DNA of 64,000 nucleotides from NCBI RefSeq assembly GCF_009914755.1, contig NC_060925.1. One strand, written 5' to 3'. Every line of letters starts with the position of its first letter. Position 1 is the first letter of the stretch. A program made the translations under genes and the position numbers. The notes beneath the pieces were generated by a model. That model saw nothing but the letters and a program-made list of their open reading frames with translations. It did not search any database and was not told the origin of the DNA. Origin of the DNA: the human T2T-CHM13v2.0 reference genome, Homo sapiens. Of this stretch, positions 51,922 to 64,000 are shown piece by piece.

Positions 51922-52249
51922 CACAGCTTGGTTTTATACATTAGGGAGACATGATACATCAGTCAGTATATGTAAGAAGTACATTGGTTGGGTCTGAAAA
52001 GGTGGGACAACTTGCAGCAAAGGCAGGAAGACTTGAAGCGGCTTCCGGATCACAGATAGGTGATACACAAATGGTTACATTCTTTTGAGTTTCTGATGAG
52101 CCTTTCCAAAGGAAGCAAATCAGATATGCATCCATCTCAGTGAGCAGAGTAGTGGCATTGAATAGAATGGGAGGCAGGTGTGCCCTAAGCGGTTCCCAGG
52201 TTGAGTTTTCTTTAGTGATTTTGGGGGCCCAAGAGATTTTCCTTTCACA
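51922..52249 (-). mobile_element. MER4A-like ERV1 LTR (partial)
   Basis: Reverse complement begins TGTGAAAGGAAAATCTCTTGGGCCCCCAAAATCACTAA, the MER4 LTR 5' end. Confidence 0.85.
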
Positions 52250-52490
52250 GCCTGATAATACCACTGCACTCCAGCCTGAGCAACAGAGTGCGACCCTGTT
52301 TTAACAACAACAAAAAAGCAAAGATGATGAGTAAGCAATTTTGGTGGAGGGGGGATGATGGCTAATATTTAATAAGATGAGCCAGGCACTAGTCTAAGTG
52401 CTTGACATAGGTTAAATGAGTTGTCTTTCCATAAGTGGCTAATATGGTGCGTGGTACATGGTAAGTAAGCTGTGTTAGCTCTTACTGCTA

Positions 52491-52928
<438 letters not shown>

Positions 52929-53234
52929 TCAATGATCAGTCAATTGATCAATTCTTATTGACTGGTATAGTGACACCACCTCAGCTCACTGCAGCCTTGA
53001 CCTCCCTGGCTCAAGTGATCCTCCCACCTTAGCCTCCTGAGTAGCTGGGGTAGCTGGGACCGACCACAGACCTGCCACCTCCACACTTGGCTAATTTTTG
53101 TTATTTTTTGTAGAGATGGGGTTTTGCCATGTTGCCCACGCTGGTCTTGAACTCCTGGGTTCAAGCCGTCTGCCCGCTTTGGCATCCCAAAGTGCTGGGA
53201 CTACAAGCATGAGCCAACATGCCTGGCTTAATTG

Positions 53235-54650
<1,416 letters not shown>

Positions 54651-55037
54651 TGTACCTGTTATAAGGAGACTAATTAAATTTTTCACACACAAAAACTCAA
54701 ACCCAGCATCCCAACGTAGCTTCCTTATGCCTCTTAAAATAGGTCTCAGACACCGCTGTGTTCAGAACCCTTCATTAGACTTGCCCAGGCCTGCCTCCCC
54801 AACTCTGCATCTGGAGCCTGCATCTGTTTATGCCTCTCCTCGTGTTGCTGCTCGTCTCCTTGTGAATGTCTCCTCCCTTCCTTTCCAGCCATCTCAATCC
54901 TGCGTGTCTTTGAAGGTCCAGCCAGAAAGTTTTCTTCCCCTATGAAATCATCCTGGAGTAATCAAATCCATTTCTAAATTCTAAATGCTATTTGTTACTG
55001 ACCTATGCTCCACCCTGCCCCTCTTCCAGGTAAATGA

Positions 55038-55223
<186 letters not shown>

Positions 55224-55457
55224 TAGAATTACAGGTGCATGCCATCACACCCGGCTAATTTTTGTATTTTTAGTAGCAACGGGGTTTTACCATGTTATCC
55301 AGGCAGGTCACGAACGCCTGACCTCAAGTGATCCACCTGCGTCAGACTCCCAAAGTGCTGGGATTACAGGCGTGAGCCACTGCACCCAACCCAGATTTGC
55401 CCTTTGTTTAAGAGCTAACAGAACACAGATAAAGAATCATATAACCAGTGCCTATCA

Positions 55458-56231
<774 letters not shown>

Positions 56232-56555
56232 CTACTACAGTGAAAAGGACACAGATAGGGTACAGATGACAAGATCAGAGGCTAGGTCCAAGGTCTCTGA
56301 GATGACCCATGGGATGCAGTGAGGAATGGACCCTTTCTGGTGGCTCTGCCCTGTGAAGTGGATGTCATACTTTGGCATGGATTCCAGGATGAACTAAATA
56401 CACAGAGGAGAGAGCTTTCTAGTTCAAACCAGACTGGCTGGCGGAAAGGTTTTAAGGATTACCTAAAATTCTCTCATTCCAGCCAGCTCACTTCTCTGGC
56501 CAGACTGAGCTCGTGTGGGAGATGTCAGTTCTGAAATGTTCTTCTTTTCGCTTAG

Positions 56556-56696
56556 GTTTGCTGGTTGGCTCCCGAGCAGACAGCAGGAAAGAAGAAGCCC
56601 TTCGTGTACACCCAGGGCCAGGCTGTCCTAAACCGGGCCTTCTTCCCTTGCTTCGACACGCCTGCTGTTAAATACAAGTATTCAGCTCTTATTGAG
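56556..56696 (+). CDS. RNPEP: RNPEP exon 2 (VCWLAPEQTAGKKKPFVYTQGQAVLNRAFFPCFDTPAVKYKYSALIE)
   Basis: 141 nt, TAG/GTAAGG boundaries, M1 peptidase PCFDTP motif. Confidence 0.97.
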
Positions 56697-57034
56697 GTAA
56701 GGAGACTAAGGTTAGGTGCACCTGCCCTTGGGATGAAGAAATGATTTCAGATCTATCAATCAGGTCACGTTTCAGTGGTAAATTATTATATCCATTCAGT
56801 GGTACTTCTGAAAAATTGCTTACTTTTAAATTCTTCCACCTACTGAAGTTGTATGTAGCCTTCCTCTAAATCCCATCAGTTGAGCACAGATTTAGTTTCT
56901 TGAAACCTTTGTGTTCTCCAAGATAGACTCCAGGCCATTATCATCACACACAGGTGGCCGGTCATGCTCTTATTCAAACTAATCAAAAGGAAACTCTCTC
57001 CAGGTAAAATCTCCTAAGCTTTCTCTGTTGTCAG

Positions 57035-57183
57035 GTCCCAGATGGCTTCACAGCTGTGATGAGTGCTAGCACCTGGGAGAAGAGAGGTCCAAATAAGTTC
57101 TTCTTCCAGATGTGTCAGCCCATCCCCTCCTATCTGATAGCTTTGGCCATCGGAGATCTGGTTTCGGCTGAAGTTGGACCCAG
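57035..57183 (+). CDS. RNPEP: RNPEP exon 3 (VPDGFTAVMSASTWEKRGPNKFFFQMCQPIPSYLIALAIGDLVSAEVGP-R)
   Basis: 149 nt, CAG/GTAGGA boundaries, PIPSYLIA motif. Confidence 0.97.
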
Positions 57184-57473
57184 GTAGGAGACAAAGACCC
57201 CACAGGCAAGGTTGGATTGGCCTCAGAGGTGAGGAGGACTCTGACCAGTGGACCTGCTGGGGGGGTTCTTGGGCAGTCTTGGATCCTCTGTCTGAGTCCA
57301 GAGCCTTTCTGCAGCTCATGCAGCATGAGCACAGCTGGAGGAAGTGCTCTTTTTCTCCCTGCCTTTCTCACTCCCTCTCTCCAGTTCTAATCCTGCTGCC
57401 TGGAATGAGATCATCATCCCTGCTAGCAGTAGCGCTGTCCTGGGCTGCCTTACAGAGGGATGTTGGAATTTAG

Positions 57474-57830
<357 letters not shown>

Positions 57831-58713
57831 TAAATGCCCTTCTAGCAGCTATATCCACTTTCCTATCTTTGTACCAAATCTTCCCCATTTTCTTTTGCAC
57901 GTAGTTCCTGGAAATAACAACTTTGGTATCATTTCCCTCGAAGAGGGAAGTGGACTCTCCTTCCTATCTGCAGCAGATTCATGAGTCTAAGCCTACGGTG
58001 AGAGCAATGCCTCCGTGAAGTTACATGGATCTTGTGAAGATAAAAAGGGATTTTGTAAGGTTTCCTGATAAAAGAGGTTTGACCAGGAGTATAGGTTTTT
58101 CCTGGCTCTCATATTACCTCCACCATAGCTTAGTCCCAATGTGGGAGCATCACAGGCTGGACGGTGAAGCCGTGACCTTTTCCTGGCACTGTTGCTGTTC
58201 TTTATCTCTGGCCCTGCTCCCAGTTCCTAGAGGCAGTGGTGTCCTTGACAACATTAGTTACAAGCCTCAGACTTCATAACTGGGCTCAGTGGCACTGCTG
58301 GTATCATGAGTCTTAGTTTCTGGTTATCAGTTGGAATAATAAATGGGATTCCATTGGCATCTGCTCCCAGCGCACACATTCAAAACAATACCAGTCTGGA
58401 AAGACAAAGTGCCCTCCTCTTACGAAGGGCTGTCTTCCTAATAGGCAGGGCGGGAAATAACCAAAAGGATGTCATCTTTGCAATAGACAAGCAAGTAGAT
58501 AAGTAAAGGAACGTCGTTTCCAAGAATACCCTTACTAAGGTTCTACTTGTAAGAGTATGAACTATTAATGGGAAATGAGAGAACAATAGATTCTAAAGAT
58601 ACTGAGTGATAATGATTTCTTTTTATACTGCCTGTAATAAAATGACAACATGGTATATCGAACTAGGTGACAGAATCCACTTAACTGGTGGTAATGCCTT
58701 ATTCCTTCCGTGA

Positions 58714-59001
<288 letters not shown>

Positions 59002-59989
59002 TGATCCATCCACCTCGGCCTCCCAAAGTGCTCGATTACAGGCATGAGCCACCACGCCCGGCCGTGGGGGTTTATTAAATCGGAGGGTCTTCTGGCAAGG
59101 TATGCCACCTATCCCAGTCCCTGTTACTGCAAGAGGAAAATCCTGGGCAGAGGGGAATTATGGGTATATCCCAGTAGGCCCTTTTATGTATAATCTCTTC
59201 TAATCCTTACACAGACTCCATGAGGATGATACTTTCTACATTTTAAAAATAAGCAAACCAAGGCTGTGGTGAGTGGCTTGTGCAGGACCACTAGTTGGCA
59301 AAACTGGAATTAAAATTCAGGTATTTCCATTGCAAATCCAGTGCTCTTTGCAATATACTACAGGTAGTGAGATTGCAGCTTGACTGAGAGCATCCTGATT
59401 TATTTTGACAGAAATGTGTGTCCTGGTGGAGGTATCTTGGATGACTGTCTTAAACCTTCTAGTTGTAACAAGCTGAAGTCCACTGGGCTGAAGGACTGTG
59501 GTAATTTTGACATCCAAGGTGGTGGTAGAACAATTCACAAAGTAATTCCTTGAAGATACTGACTGCCGTCCCATGATCTTTTTCTGTCTGGTTTCCTGTC
59601 ACATCATCTTTGGCGACTTTTCTCTCCTAACACCCAGGGTTGAGGGTGGCTGCAGGGTTTCTTGTGCCTTTCTCCCTCCCTCCCTCCCTCCCTCTTTCTT
59701 TCTTTTCTTGCCTCGCTCTCTTGCCCAGGCTGGAATGCAGTGGCACAATAACAGCCCATTGAACCTCAAGCTACCAGGCTCAAGCAGTCCTCCCACTTCA
59801 GTCTCCAGAGTAGCTGGGACCACAGCTACTCTGTCACCATGCCCAGTTAATTTTATTTATTTTCTGCAGGAGCAAGGTCTTGCTATGTTGTCCAGGCTGA
59901 TCTTGAACTCCTGGGCTCAAGAGATCCTCCCACCTCGGCCTCCCAAAGTGTTGGGATTGCAGGCATGAGCCACAACACCAACCTTCAGG

Positions 59990-62511
<2,522 letters not shown>

Positions 62512-63793
62512 TAGTAGAAACAGCCTTTCACCATGTTGGTCAGGCTGGTCTGGTACTCTTGACCTCAGGTGAACCACCCACTTCGGCCTACCGAAGTACT
62601 GGGATTACAGACGTGAGCCACCAGGCCCAGCCAGTCTCATTCATATGTCTGTGTGGAAAAGCAGTTCTAAGCGCAGCCAGGGGCTCTTGGTCAAGCAGAG
62701 CCTTTGGCTGCAGGATCCCTGAGTCCATTGCATCTTTCCATTAGACTGGATCTTCTTGTTTTGTTTTTGTTTTTGTTTCCTCCAAGCCACCTTTGTTTCC
62801 CTATCTTTTTATTAAGAAAATTTCAAATATTTAGAAAATTGAAAGGATGATGCATTGAACACCTATAGAACCATCTACTTTGTCATATTAGTTTTATGAG
62901 TGGATTTATTTTTATTTTTGCTAGACCATTTAAAAGCAAGTAAATCTGTGTGCCTCTCTGAAGAATAGAGGCATTCTCCCTTATAACCACAATCCCATTA
63001 TTGTACCTAAGGCAGTTAACAAATTTCTATTAACATTAGTAGGTTTGGGTCGGACACAGTGGCTCATGCCTGTAATCCCAGCACTTTGAGAGGCTGAGGC
63101 AGGTGAATCACTTGAGCCCAGGAGTTCAAGACCAGCCAGGGCAACATAGCGAAACCCTACCTCTACAAAAATAAAAAAATTAGCCAGGCATGATGATGTG
63201 CAACTGTAGTCCTAGCTACTGGGGTTGGGGAGCTGAGATGGAAGGATCACTTGAGCCCCAGGAGGTGGAGGTTGGATCACACCACTGTACTCTAGCCTGG
63301 GCAACAGAGCAAGAACCTGTCTTAAAAAAAAAATAAAAAAGGTTTGTCTCTTAAGGTTTTATTCAATTCCAGATTCTACTATTAGAACGCTTTCTTATCT
63401 CTCCTCTAAGTAGGGAGAAGAAAACTAACATTTACTGTATAAATGTTTGAAGGGCTTTTGTGTGTTGTCTTATTTAATCTTCACTCATTTTACAGATGAG
63501 GAAACTGAGGCTCACAGAGGTTAAATCACTTTTGCAAGATCGCATTCAGTAGTGAAGCCATAACTGCGTAGCACGGTTCCACCTCCATGAGGCTGTCTTG
63601 GGTTCTTGTTTCTCAGGTGTGGTGAGCGGTCTCTTGGATCTGTGTGGTGATCCGATCTTGCACTCCGTCACTGTGGCTGACTGCATTGTCACATTCACTT
63701 GGCGGAGGCCAATTTCCTACAGGTGCTTTCAGGATCAGGTCACTGCGATGGTCTCTAAACACCATTCTGCTTTCTCTGCTCTCTTGTCTTTAG

Positions 63794-63910
63794 GAGCCGG
63801 GTGTGGGCTGAGCCCTGCCTGATTGATGCTGCCAAGGAGGAGTACAACGGGGTGATAGAAGAATTTTTGGCAACAGGAGAGAAGCTTTTTGGACCTTATG
63901 TTTGGGGAAG
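63794..63910 (+). CDS. RNPEP: RNPEP exon 4 (SRVWAEPCLIDAAKEEYNGVIEEFLATGEKLFGPYVWG-R)
   Basis: 117 nt, TAG/GTGTGG boundaries, frame continuous; the gene continues beyond the window. Confidence 0.96.
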
Positions 63911-64000
63911 GTGTGGTATCACATTGACTCTAGTGTCTCCTGTTAAACTGAGTCACTGGCTTCCATTCTTCCTCTTCGTGTGGCTTTTCCACCTCCTGCC

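Overview
Human (primate) genomic DNA, very Alu-rich, recognisable from its proteins as the LMOD1-TIMM17A-RNPEP neighbourhood (1q32.1 by recall). It holds LMOD1 exon 1, its promoter and part of intron 1 on the minus strand; the complete six-exon TIMM17A CDS (171 aa) on the plus strand; an intergenic old L1/Alu block containing a retrocopy of SNORA70 plus the 3' part of RPL10; and RNPEP exons 1-4 with a CpG-island promoter on the plus strand. Most ORFs in the supplied track are Alu-derived artefacts. The best second-look items are: (1) a TSD-bounded retrocopy that starts exactly at the snoRNA 5' end, keeps the downstream intron stub, has the next intron spliced out and ends in poly(A), i.e. a fossil of a snoRNA-capped polyadenylated RNA that still carries an intact snoRNA, 3' splice site and polyA signal downstream of TIMM17A; (2) a ~280 bp, ~97% identical inverted duplication in LMOD1 intron 1; (3) a templated insertion of RNPEP upstream sequence into an intronic Alu; (4) a collapsed Alu hairpin; (5) a perfect intronic CArG box in LMOD1. 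I found no evidence of a wholly new gene system. Repeat subfamily names and boundaries were assigned by eye and are approximate.
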